The position numbers and the translations under genes were made by a program. From Calcarisporiella thermophila CBS 279.70 (Eukaryota; Fungi; Calcarisporiellomycota), in NCBI RefSeq assembly GCF_041956535.1, contig NW_027192200.1, forward strand, positions 391,477 to 455,476: DNA of 64,000 bases, read 5' to 3'. The notes beneath the pieces are model-generated. The model was not told the DNA's origin, did not search any database, and was given only the letters and a program-made list of their open reading frames with translations. Shown here piece by piece: positions 1 to 11,296 of this stretch (its first letter is position 1; the number at the start of each line of letters is the position of its first letter).

Positions 1-51
1 CATTAACCAAGACAAAATAAGAATTGTTTATTTTTTTTTGGCGAATTTTAC

Positions 52-190
52 CCATTTGCATCCAAGCTTGCTCGTTCGCCTGGGCTAATTTCTGTAGATT
101 ATTCATTGGAACTTGCGCATTGGACAACGATGGTGGAGGAGGGGCATTAGTGGACAGAGCCGCAGGGGGTGGATGGCCTGTTGCGGTCAT
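52..190 (-). CDS. CYC8: General transcriptional corepressor Ssn6/Cyc8 (TPR protein), first coding exon only; gene continues beyond window start
   Basis: Minus-strand ATG at 190 reads MTATGHPPPAALSTNAPPPPSLSNAQVPMNNLQKLAQANEQAWMQMG, then a GTAAAA donor at 51. QKLAQANEQAWMQMG resembles the start of TPR1 of fungal Ssn6/Cyc8. Not in the ORF track. Confidence 0.65.
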
Positions 191-327
191 TATAACGAAC
201 GAAGTATTCTTTTTATTTTAATAATTTAAATCTCAAATGTCAAACTTTTGCGTTGAAAAAAAAAAATCCCTCCGTGGACACACGGGTCACCGACTCTCCG
301 CTTTTTTTTCTTCAACACAAAAAGTGA

Positions 328-335
328 TGACGTCA
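328..335. promoter_or_regulatory. CRE/ATF-type palindrome TGACGTCA in the CYC8/NDUFV2 bidirectional promoter
   Basis: Perfect TGACGTCA in the 225-bp gap between two divergent ATGs. Function is inferred. Confidence 0.45.
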
Positions 336-415
336 CTAAAATTTTCATAACCCCCCTTGTTCTAGATAATAAACAGAGCTTCATCGTGCGTAGATTGGAG
401 AGCAGAAACACAACC

Positions 416-1312
416 ATGTTCACACTCTCGCGATCCCTCCTAAAGCAATCGCCCGCACTTACGCGGGGCTTGCGAACCACCACACCCGCGCTCTCCGAGA
501 AACTCTTTGTCGTAATTATTCTATACGGATGGATTCTGCGCACGATTTCGGCCTTTCTAATGCTCATCTCATCGCTCTTCTTTTTTGTTAGCATCGCAAT
601 ACCCCCGAGAACAATCCCAGTCAAACCTTCGAATTCACCCCCGAGAATCACAAACGCGCTCAAGAAATCCTTAAGAAGTACCCCCCTCAATACAAAAAGG
701 CGGCCATGATTCCATTGCTCGACCTTGCACAGAGACAACATGGATGGACATCTCTGGCCGTGATGAACGCGGTGGCTAAATACCTCGAGGTTCCTCCGAT
801 GCGCGTTTATGAAGTGGCCACTTTCTACACCATGTTCAACCGAGAGCCTGTAGGGAAATACTTCCTGCAGCTCTGCACCACGACACCTTGTCAGCTTGGA
901 GGTTGCGGAAGTACCAAGATCTTGGACACCATCCAGAAGGAGCTTGGCATCAAGGTTGGGGAGACCACGACCGATGGAAAGTTCACCCTTGTGGAGGTGG
1001 AGTGTGCAGGCGCCTGCGTCAATGCACCCGTTCTAGCCGTGAATGACGACTACTATGTAATTCGGACTCTTATTATTTCTTTTCTTCCATGGATGGGCTA
1101 ACATTGATTTACTTTTTCCCCAATCTCTTCTACTTCCTTAGGAGGATCTTACCCCTGAAACCACAGTTAAGCTGATCAATGCCCTTAAAAAGGGAGAGAA
1201 GCTCCCGCCCGGCCCCTTGAACGGCCGTCATTCATGCGAGCCCGAGGGCGGTCGCACGACCCTTCTTGGAGAGCCATACGGCCCTGGTTTCCGAGTTCGG
1301 CCCGATCTTTAG
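416..1312 (+). CDS. NDUFV2: NADH:ubiquinone oxidoreductase 24 kDa subunit (complex I, 2Fe-2S)
   Basis: Exons 416-511, 592-1056, 1142-1312 (GT-AG). Mitochondrial presequence, [22 protein letters not shown], and Fe-S ligands CTTTPC and [10 protein letters not shown]. Confidence 0.97.
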
Positions 1313-1768
1313 AGGGTTGCTAATGTACTGAAGTTTTCATTATTTTTTTTTCACGTTTTATTTTACTCTACAAAATAGATTCGACAAAATACATTAAAAC
1401 AGTGGGATAATACTTGTCAAATGTATTTGAATTGATTAATAATCTAAAGAAAATGGCTAACATTTCCTGCCTAGAACAATAGCAAAAACAGACAGTGGAA
1501 AATCTTGAGTGAGAAATTAAAAAGAGAAAGAGAGAAAAGAAATAAAATGAAAGAAATCATACTAAACAGTCATATGAGAAGGGAAAAAAAAAGAATACCG
1601 GAAAAAGAGAAACCAAAAAATAAAAATGCAAGTCAAAAGGTTCAAATAAATAATATAATATAATATAATAAAAAGGGGAGGGAGGAGAGAGGGAGAAAGG
1701 GGTCAATCTAAATGCTTCCCATAAACCTTGAAACTATTAAACATACTGGAAAAAAAAATCTATTGTAC

Positions 1769-4700
1769 TTAGTTGTTAGCAATGACACCCACTCCGTCGC
1801 CCCCGAAAAACGGCCGGATCCCGGCCCCAATGCCACCGCCGCCCAAGCTAATGGTGGCTTTCCTTGCGATCTTCTTGAATTCCCCCTTGCCAACCTTCAC
1901 CCGAAGCGCAACCTCCACCACCCTATCGGGTGCGAGATGGGCGGCAGGAAGATGGCGTAATGCGGCGATCAACTCATCGGACGTCCGGCATTTGAACAGG
2001 AGATAGTCACGGCAAATCTCCATAATGGCCACGCCAACCCGGAAAAAGATTTTCGTGGCCCCCTCGTAAAAGAAGATGTCCCATATCCGGAGGGTGGAGG
2101 GAAGAGGAAGCGCGAGTGCATAAGCCGTAAGCCACCATTGGGCCATATAGGAGAGTGGCATGACTCCTTTTTCCGACTGAATGGTAGTGAGAAGGGAAGA
2201 GTGGCGGTGTTAGTGGTTCCGACCTTGGGTGGAGGATGGTGCAGAGAGATTTGAGCAACTTACCAGGTGGTGAGCAAGTTTCGGCTGATGCATCCGCAGC
2301 AGCTGGTCAAACATCATCGCATCGACGCGAAGTTGATAGATTGCGGGGGTGAAATAACTGGACAGGTATCGATCAATGGTGGCGACTAAAAGCCAAAACG
2401 CGTCCTCGCTTGGTAGTTGGGTCAGCATGGTTGCCGCGAGGTGGGCAAGACCTTGACAGTAGCCGAGCTTAGGGTTGTAATGAGCATATACCCGTAAAAC
2501 ATGGTAGAGCTCCTCTTCCCTATCAAAGATTACCACCATTGTTCAATATTCCAATGTGTTAAAAAAAAAACTCAGAAGACGCACTCGAATCCATGCAGCT
2601 CCCGAAATCCAGCGACTGAGGGGAACCAGCGCCTTACATCTGACTCCATGGTATCATTGGACTCATGCGGCTCTCTGCTAAGAAAGTCCTGGTATAAACC
2701 CTGCTGGTAATAGTCATTCGTTCCAACCAGAAATTGCCAAACGCGTCCACGCAGCGAGTCAGGGATACCTGTGCGAACCAATTTCTTTAACTTTGAAGAA
2801 TCTTTGGCCGCTTGTGGGCTCATGCTCGAGAGTGCAGCAAGCCATTTTGACTCCTTTTCGCGGTAAGCCTTGGTGCGATCAGAATCGTTCGCCCAAGAGC
2901 TACTAAAAGCATGTGGGTGTGAAGGGACGGAGTCATTGGCATTTTGCGAAGTATGGATGTAATACCTTGAATAATGCTCAACTCCAACCTCGGGTTGCTT
3001 GGCGGCGTGCTCCCCCTCTTGGCTGCCCAGCGGATCTCCGGCATTTGCCCGCTTTCCAGGTCGGTCCCAATGATTCCCTAAGGACAGTTCCAGATCTTCG
3101 CCAAATCCATTCAAGAGATCCGAGTCGTTCCCTAGCTGAATTCCCAGGCCCAACTCCGCTCCCTCTCCGCCCCCTTCGGCCAGTATATTAGGTTGCGAAC
3201 GCGGGGTTATGTGAGCGCTAGTGGACGTCAAGATGGAGGTAAATGGTAGTCGAAGGCTGTTGCGCTTTTTGGGAGCCACTGGATGATCGTCCACGGCACC
3301 GGAGATACGCGTGGCCGTTTGGGTCTTGGTGATGATGTTCTCGGCCTCATCTGACGCACTCATCCCCGTGGCCGAGTCGTGCTTGGGAAGGGTGTCCTTT
3401 TTTTCGGCCTCTGTTTTATCTAAATAAGCCTCACCTCCAATGCTCAAGCCCCAATCGTCAGAATCGCGATGCCCACTTGAGCGGCTTCCCCCGTTAATTC
3501 CCTCCGTGGAGTCGCTGGCAAAGCTAAGCTGTGACAAACGCAAGGAGCTCAAGTCCAGCGACGGCCTTCCCCCAATACCAGAAGGAGCACCACTTGACGC
3601 GGCCCCTAGGTTGCGGCTACTGATTTTTTCCAGCGAAGAAGGCTCTACCATGGAAGTACGGCGCACAATGGAAGGGGGCATTTGGCGCGACTTGGAGAGC
3701 TCAAGAGAGGTGAAGCTACGGAAAGAGGAGCGCTTTTCGGCTGTTTACCAAGAGCTAAAGTTAGCCAACGAGAACGCTATGGATCAAAAGGGGTAAGCTC
3801 GCACCTTTTGATTGCAGAGAAGTCCCCTCTGAGATCGTATAGTTGACCGACGCAGGCCGAAGCGAGGGAGCGCGTGGTTGATCGGGTGTGACAAGTAGTG
3901 TTCCTGAGGATACAGACATTCTTGGATCTGTTAATAATAACAATTAGAGCCAGGGTAGGTCGAGTTAGTCCGAAAGACGACAAAAAGAGCTGGATCTAGC
4001 TGCAGCAGATACGAACCAAAGTAATTTGCAACGGATGAAGAGGAGAACTTGTTTGTGGTGGGGTTGGGAGAGAGCGGGATCTTTTTTGGAGTGCCGGGAA
4101 AACTCCGGTATTTAAGATATCCTGCACCGCTGGCCCAGGGAGAGTTGGCAGGCAAAGAGGGCTCGTCGATGGCGGCAATAGTGGAAACGGGATATTTGCG
4201 CAGCCACTTCATGCTCGTATAATCAAGGGTCGGAAGCGCGCTAGACATGGCGTTGGACGAGAATAGCGACTGGGTGGGCGTATTATTGCCGCTCTCGTCG
4301 CCACTAAATCTGCCATTGAGTGGGAGCGACGCTTCCGATGAAAATGCAGACATAAGGGATGAAGGGGGCGCCTCCATTCTCGAGCCAGATTTCTTAAGTA
4401 ACAGCGGATCGAAATGGTCTCTTGAAGACGCCTCCAGTTTTTGTGGAGAGGTCGATCGCGGGGATGGCAAAGGGGACGCTTCTGTGCTCACAATTGAATT
4501 TCTCGGGGAAGACACTGGCCCCGGTTTTCTGCCATCGGAGTCGCTCACCTCTACTTCCTTGGTGTTCAGTTCCAGGTCGTTTGTGGCCACTGAATAGCGC
4601 AATGACCTGGACATACGCTTTTCTCTCTGAATACTTGGTCGCACGATTTGTTCTTTCGGCTCTTCAGTCGTCTTTGGCTCTGGCAATGAGGACTGCTCTG

Positions 4701-5182
4701 TATTCTGAATCGTTTCGCCATTGGCGGCTTTGGCATTGCCAATGGCCTCAAGAACTTGGGGATCTAACTCGATAAAGTGGACATGTTCGGCCGAAAAACG
4801 GCCCGCAACACCCTCACAGTAACCCTTTTGGGGGAGGATTAGCTAATGGCAGTGAATCAGCGGAACACCAAAACAAAACTTACAAGATATATGTCGTCTT
4901 TTATATGCTTCAGCACAGTAATACGCTCGCCTTAATGGAGAAAGGGCGTCAACGTCACAAGCATTGATTGGAATTAATAATAAAAATGACACCCACCCGA
5001 GAGAAACATAAGATCGGAATCGCTTTGAGCTAGCACATCAACCTTGGCCATGCACGTTCCAAGTCCACCTGCGCACACAATTGGGGTGTTAAATGGCTGA
5101 ATGGTGCTTTCTTGGCGTTCTCCGTCAAGTACTTACCTCTCTCTGCAAATTCCTTCAGCTGATGACTGTCCATCCCCTCCAT
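1769..5182 (-). CDS. Rab GTPase-activating protein (TBC domain, TBC1D10/Gyp-like) with N-terminal SH3-like domain
   Basis: Multi-exon. N-terminus MEGMDSHQLKEFAERGGLGTC...LMFLSGERITVL...YLGYCEGVAGRF (SH3-like), long Ser/Pro-rich linker, then TBC motifs LVRTGIPDSLRGRVW, DVRRWFP (Arg finger), GYCQG (Gln finger) and LRIWDIFFYEG. Confidence 0.88.
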
Positions 5183-6139
5183 GATCCCTTCAAACAATTA
5201 TTAGGATTAAAATAGTACAAGCAAAGATAATGAGAATAAAAGGGCAGGTAGAATGGAATGAGAGAGGCACTATACAGCAGCGTCAAGGTACATCTCTTAT
5301 GAAAGAAGAACAATATAGTTGATGATGGGTTGAAAACAAAGGACGCGAAAAAGTGGTTAGTGGAGAAACTGGCTGTCGCTGGTCTGGCTTTGTCGCACAT
5401 AATCCAAACTATATGCTTATGCTCATGGTAATTGGCTGGCAATTAAAGATAAAATTCAACCGTCACTCTGCCGCATAACATGAATCGCTAGTAACCTAAT
5501 GAAAATGGTGATTTAGCGCTCTGGCCGACGCCTGAAAATCGCGGAGCCAGAGGGCGGCTGACTGCGGTAGGAATGGCGCGGGCCCTACATGGATGCCTTG
5601 ATGGCGCTATTGTGAGGGCCGAGTTGGAGACTTGGGCTCCTATCTGCAATTTCAGCATGCCGGATGCGTGCTCTCACTTGACATATTGTGCACAGTTGGG
5701 TTGAGAGTAAGCGCAGGCGGGAAATTTGAAAACAACAATAAGAATGGCCCTCTGGGCATAGTGAAGAGGGAAATGAATGCATACTTGATCAAAGAGAAAA
5801 TGAAAACAACAGATGCAGGAGGGAAAACAAATCTTCCGACCGAGCTGTTTTCCCAGACCAGAACTCAAGGCCCTTGGGAAGATGAGGCGAGGGCACGCCC
5901 TCTCGCGCTGCGGAGAGGGGGGGAACCGGCCGAAGGCCCAGAGGGACGGAGGGCCCTTAGGGTTCAGGCGATAAGCAAACCTAAGTTTTCATCGCTCGTG
6001 CGTCTCCTCTAGCCCAGAGAATTCAAACCCAGAAGGGCACTTGATAATAATTCTGCTCAAACAGAGAACTCAATTCGTCATGAATCTTGTTCGCCTCTTT
6101 CATTTTTATCCCACCTTTTACCAAGCTTAACAGGACGCT

Positions 6140-9100
6140 ATGGACGCCGGTATCATTGCTGTTATAGTGATAATCTGTACTCTAGTTGCAACCCTGGTTC
6201 TCCTCTATACGTTATGGCGGTATAGACAACGCGGCACCCTCCAGCACATTACGACCTCCTCGGTCGCGTACGACCGTGAGAGATATGGGCATATCCTTAA
6301 CTGGGACCGCCATTCCCTTTCCATCCACGGCCGTCGCACTCTGCTGTATTCAGGAGAGTTCCACTATTGGCGCCTTCCCGATCGATCCCGATGGGAATCG
6401 GTGTTGAAGAAATACAAAGCCGCCGGACTTAATTGCGTACGAATATACTTCCACTGGGGGTTCCACTCACCACGCGAGGGGGTGTATTTGTTCGACGGCA
6501 ATAGGGACGTAGAATATTTGTTGAAGCTGTGTAAGGAGCTGGGACTATGGGTGCTTGCTGCACCGGGGCCGTATTTGTGTGCCGAAACGAACGCCGGCGG
6601 ATTTCCCTCATGGTTAATGGCTAAGCCCAACATTCTAGTACGACATTATGCCTTTTTTCCATTTGGAAAGCGTTACGACCCGGAATTCACGCGCTACTCT
6701 TGTGAGTGGTTACAAGCAATTCTCTCTATTCTCTCCCGTCATCAGATTACTCGCGGGGGACCTGTGCTGGGGCTACAGCTGGAAAACGAGTTGTTTGAAA
6801 TTTTGTTTGGGATTATCCCCTTTGGATTATGCGATGAGATGCGCGTTTTAGCCCAGTGCGCCAGGGAGTGTGAGATCGAGGTGCCACTCTTCCATAATGA
6901 TGGATTTGAGAATGCCAGTTTTATAGCAAGGCCGGAGCTCGACAGGAAAAAGAGCTGGTTTTGGAGGAGAGGCTTCGGGCTGGACTGGTACGGCTTTGAC
7001 AAGTACACTGGTAGTGCATTCTCTGCCTCTAAGTGACATCTACGAGGTCCATTAATCATTGTATTGCACTTTACTGAATAGTGTGGGTGCCAACGAGCGA
7101 TATAAAATCACATCTTATAGGTAATGAGTTGACTCCCGATAAATGGCCCGAGTGGGATCCAAAAGTCGTGGAGCAGGGCTTTGACAAAATGGAGACAACG
7201 GTGCGGGGTTACGGATCCGCTGCGGCAGAGGTAATCCTTTTTTCACTTTGTCTTCTTGAAAACGCAGTCTCAATTCCCTCCCCCCAACCCTCCCCAATAG
7301 TCGCCCATTTTTATCCCTGAGCTTCAAGGCGGCTGGTTCAACCACTACCGGCTTCCCAACTCCTATGACGACATCTACTCCTACTACGGATCCACCTTCA
7401 CGCGGCTTATCTTCGACACTGTCTCATCTCAAGGCTGCACTATGCTCTCATATTATATGGTGTATGGGGGCACCAACTGGGGCTCATTGGGCGACCCAGA
7501 TGTGTACACGTCCTACGACTACTCTGCATGCGTGAGAGAATATGGCTACACGTCGGACCGAGCGGGACACCTGAGGTTGGGGATTTTGTTTGCGAGGAGT
7601 TTTAGCGAGCATTTTGCACGCACGGATCGGGTCTCGTCAAACGTTCAAACGGTTCCCAACGTCATCACAACGCAGCGAGAATCAGAGAACAAGGTCCGCT
7701 TTACTTTCCTTCGCAACTTCAATCGCTCGCGTCCTGCCCAGTTTTCTGTGCATGTGGCTCTGACGAGCGGCCTAGGAAATAAGCGAGCGCTAGAGCTGCC
7801 CTGTCATCTTCCTTACAAGCGCTCGTTCATTGCACTTGGAAACTATGTGACTTCGAACAATTTGGCACTTGTATTTTCGACGCTCCCGGTGCATGCCAGG
7901 ATGCGCTCCAGAGAAAAGGTAGAGGGGATTGGAGAAGTGGAGGTTTGGATTGTGGAGGCAAATCCTAACGGTGCCATGGCATTTGAGGGAGAGGTTAATG
8001 TCGAGGGTTCAATGCAACCTAAAGTAAAGAAACAGGAGGATATTTCAATCGTCCAATTTGACAAGGAGGTCGGCTATACCCGCTTTACCACCCCGACTGG
8101 TACCCTTTACCTCCTTGGGTTGGATCATCCTTCACTAATGACCCTCCACGCACACTTTGATCCGGAGCAGATGGATGATCTCCCCCAGTTCCTCGCATGG
8201 GGAGCCCATTGCATCTATTCCACCAACAATGAGCTAGAAATAAAATACACCCCCGACCAGCACTCGCTCTCGCTCTTGACTTTCACTGCCACGCCCGCTG
8301 CCAACGACGGCAATGATGAAATCTTCTCGCCCGACCCTGAACTATCTTTTCTATACAAAAAGCGTCTCGGAAAACCACCCCTCACTATCGGAAGCGACGT
8401 GGTGCTCACCGACTGGAAAGAGCAAGTCGTCGATTTTGGCTCTATGCCCTGGACACCACTCACCTTCCACGGACACAAGCCGGTAGATAATGCCATTTCC
8501 CTGTGCTATACAAGTGGTCATTCCCTCTACCACTGCCGGTTTACTCCTAGTCCAAACAAACCGGTGAAGCTCCGCCTCAACGTAAGACACCGAGCGACAG
8601 TGTACGCCAACGGCAAACTGGTTGGCGGCCATACCACCTACTCGAGACAGTTATTCTTCGCGGGGGCGAAGATAGGGCCGGACCCCTCCTTCTGCGGGGC
8701 CACCACCTACGAACTAACCCCTTATCTTCAGGAAGGAGAGAATGACCTGTTCATTATTGTGGACTCCTTTGGCATGTCGCGTCAAGCCTTCGTGATGAAT
8801 GATGCGAAGAATCCGCGCGGCTTATTGAGCGCAAAACTGACCAACGTCCAGAATGCCTTGTGGGAGGTGGCCGGGCGAGACGTGCGCAAGTTGGAGCATC
8901 CGTACAACTCCACTGGCTTCCCCGATGAGTTTGCCGAAAAGAACTGGAAGGAATGCCCAGGCTTACTCGTTGAAAAGGATAGGGTGCGTTGGTTGGAGTT
9001 TACGTTCCGACATCCTATTTCCCTTGCTGCCATCGAGGATCCTTCTCATGACGCCGAGGTCCCTCTCCGCCTCCAACTCAAGGGGAAGTTCACGGCAGTG

Positions 9101-9370
9101 ATCTTCTTGAATGGGGTGCTGGTTGGTCGCTATTATGGGAACGGGGATGCGTCGCAGCGTGACTTTTACTTAATGGAAGGACTTGTTCAGCCGAATGGGG
9201 AAGAAAATAAAGTCCGAATCTTGGTGTACGCATGGGAGGAGGTGCGTGATCCCTTGGTGAGGATATGTGGATGGCGGGTCGAGCGGGGTAGTGGGAATTT
9301 AGCGGAGGGGAAGGAGACAAAGGGTCCCATTGACATGTTTAGTCTGAGAGTAGATAGGACGAGAATTTAA
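6140..9370 (+). CDS. Glycoside hydrolase family 35 beta-galactosidase-like protein with N-terminal membrane anchor
   Basis: SGEFHYWRLP, PGPYLCAETNAGGFPSWL, QLENE (acid/base), PELQGGWF (nucleophile, after the second intron), YYMVYGGTNWG, YTSYDY. Two introns, about 7011-7081 and 7231-7300. Confidence 0.92.
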
Positions 9371-9670
9371 GAAGGTGCGCTTGATGGGTGTATCGGCGAC
9401 TCGAGGAACACTGGAATCTTGAATGTATATAAAATAGTGTAGTGTTATCACTAATTTATTGTTATTTCACCAACAAATAAAAGAAAAAAAGGAAAAAAAA
9501 AAAACAATATATGGGATAAGAAAAAAAAACACACAGCTTCACTGCCAGTTATATATAAAAAAAATGTAAAGCAAGAAGTATCAATCAAGAATGAAACGTA
9601 AGGCAAACACTATTTGGAGTCACTTCCATCAATGAAAACTATATATATATATAAATATATGAGAATATCG

Positions 9671-10362
9671 TTATATATCGTAACCCACGAGGATAAAGCG
9701 ATCATTGTAGCCATATATATCCGGAGTCACCAGTTGGAAGCCGATATACATGAAGGCGTGGACAAGTGTTTCTGTAGGAATTCCTCTTGTTAACCAACAA
9801 AATGGAAGCATAAAGAGGGCCACATAAGAAAACTTACTTAGCTCTTCGCCTTTCTTCTCAAGGCATACAACCACGCGACCACATTGGAGCACCTCCTCGG
9901 CAAGTTCAAGAAGGGCAACAATGCTGCACAGAAACAGGATCAGTCAGTGTTCGGTGTAGATCCACTAACAGTAGGGTAGACTTACGTGTTTTTAAACTCG
10001 TCATCGATCCACTCACCCACGAGAGGTGGGCGAATAAAAACGACGCCGGAATGTACGAATGCAGTCCAGCATTGGCCTTGTGGTGGAATGATAGTAAGAA
10101 TTGTATCGACTTCATCGGCGCGTTCGCGGAAGATATCGGTGACAAAGTCGTCGTAACTTTCGGCTTCTTCCCGAGAAACACGTGGAGCAGAAGGTTAAGA
10201 ACTGTGGATATGAGCAACAGCAAAGAAAAACCACTCACTGGATCCACGACGTTTGGCACACACTTTCAACCGCTCGTGAACTTGAAACATAGCCTCACAC
10301 GCCGACGGCATCTCCTTATTCAAATCCTGCAGAGGTATCTCTGGTTGGGTGGTTACGATCAT
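9671..10362 (-). CDS. OAZ1: Ornithine decarboxylase antizyme
   Basis: Spliced ORF MIVTTQPEIPL...RRGSK|AESYDDFVTDIF...FKNT|IVALLELAEEVLQCGRVVVCLEKKGEEL|..LVHAFMYIGFQLV...ILVGYDI. The IVALLELAEE and FMYIGFQLV blocks are antizyme hallmarks. The true N-terminus is uncertain (see findings). Confidence 0.85.
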
Positions 10363-10563
10363 AACTTCGGAAAATATTGCCCACGACCACTTCACAAAAG
10401 TTGGTTCAGCAGACAGGTAGAAAAATTGTTCTCTTCCAGCTCAAAATATATATAATTTCCCAGGGGAAATCAATACGAGGAGAGAACAAATTAGATTAAA
10501 GCGAGGGAGGTGTGGAATAGTAAGGGAGACACGATAGATTTAACTCGGTTGAACAATTCGTCT

Positions 10564-10593
10564 ATTACTACTACTATTACTACTACTACTACT
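10564..10593. repeat. (AGT/ACT)n trinucleotide microsatellite in antizyme leader
   Basis: attactactactattactactactactact. On the minus strand it encodes SSSSSNSSSN in the frame shared with the antizyme ORF. Confidence 0.8.
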
Positions 10594-10639
10594 CTCGATA
10601 TTTGGCTTCTCGGAAGATTTGGAGTAGATGGTTGAGGAG

Positions 10640-10735
10640 TTAAAGAGTACGATCACAAGTCGTCGTTCCAGTGTTGTGGCTGGCTTCAGATGATAATCCT
10701 CTATTCGTCCTTGAACAAATAAAAGTCAATTTCAT
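10640..10735 (-). other. Candidate upstream ORF (31 codons) in antizyme leader, ending CTT-TAA
   Basis: ATG AAA TTG...CGT ACT CTT TAA read directly. Its ATG lies inside a possible 5'-UTR intron (GTAAAT at 10769 to TTCAAG at about 10710), so it may be spliced out. Confidence 0.3.
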
Positions 10736-11296
10736 GTTTAAATGCAATTAGAAATGGTGAAATATTTACGAGGATTATCCAACGGTTGTGTTGGTTTTGG
10801 AGAAGACCCTTTGAAAAGGGGATGAAATTGGCAAAAGTGAAAGAGAAGATTGAACAGAGATAGATAGTTATAGGGTAATTGAAAAGATAAAAAAAATCCA
10901 CGTTTTTTATCTTTTACAAAGCGCTTAAAAGGCCGTGTGTATAGAGTAGAAATGAAAAAGAAGAGCAGAGGATGAGGTAGGTGAAGGCAAAGACAGTTCG
11001 CCCAGACGCCTGATCCCTTTGAGAAGATCCTTGTGGTGTGCTGTTTTGATCACTTGTTGTCCGCGGAAGATGAAGGAATAAAAAATTGAAAAGCGGAAAA
11101 ACCTCTTTATTAATGAGGTTTCTGGAGCTAGGGTTGAAACCTAAGCTAGGTTAGGTGAGAAAATCAGGCAACTTCTCGTAATGGATTTTTTTATGACAAA
11201 TGATAACGAAGAAATGATCAAATTATCTACAGTGGAGAGGAAAACGAAAAAACAATACGCTTCGAAACGGAGAAAATAAAAATATAGTATAAACTT

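Noticed and set aside
10195-10200. TCT-TAA as the antizyme +1 frameshift site
   Set aside because: The antizyme domain continues in frame 0, not +1, after this stop, and the stop lies inside a well-formed 72-nt intron.
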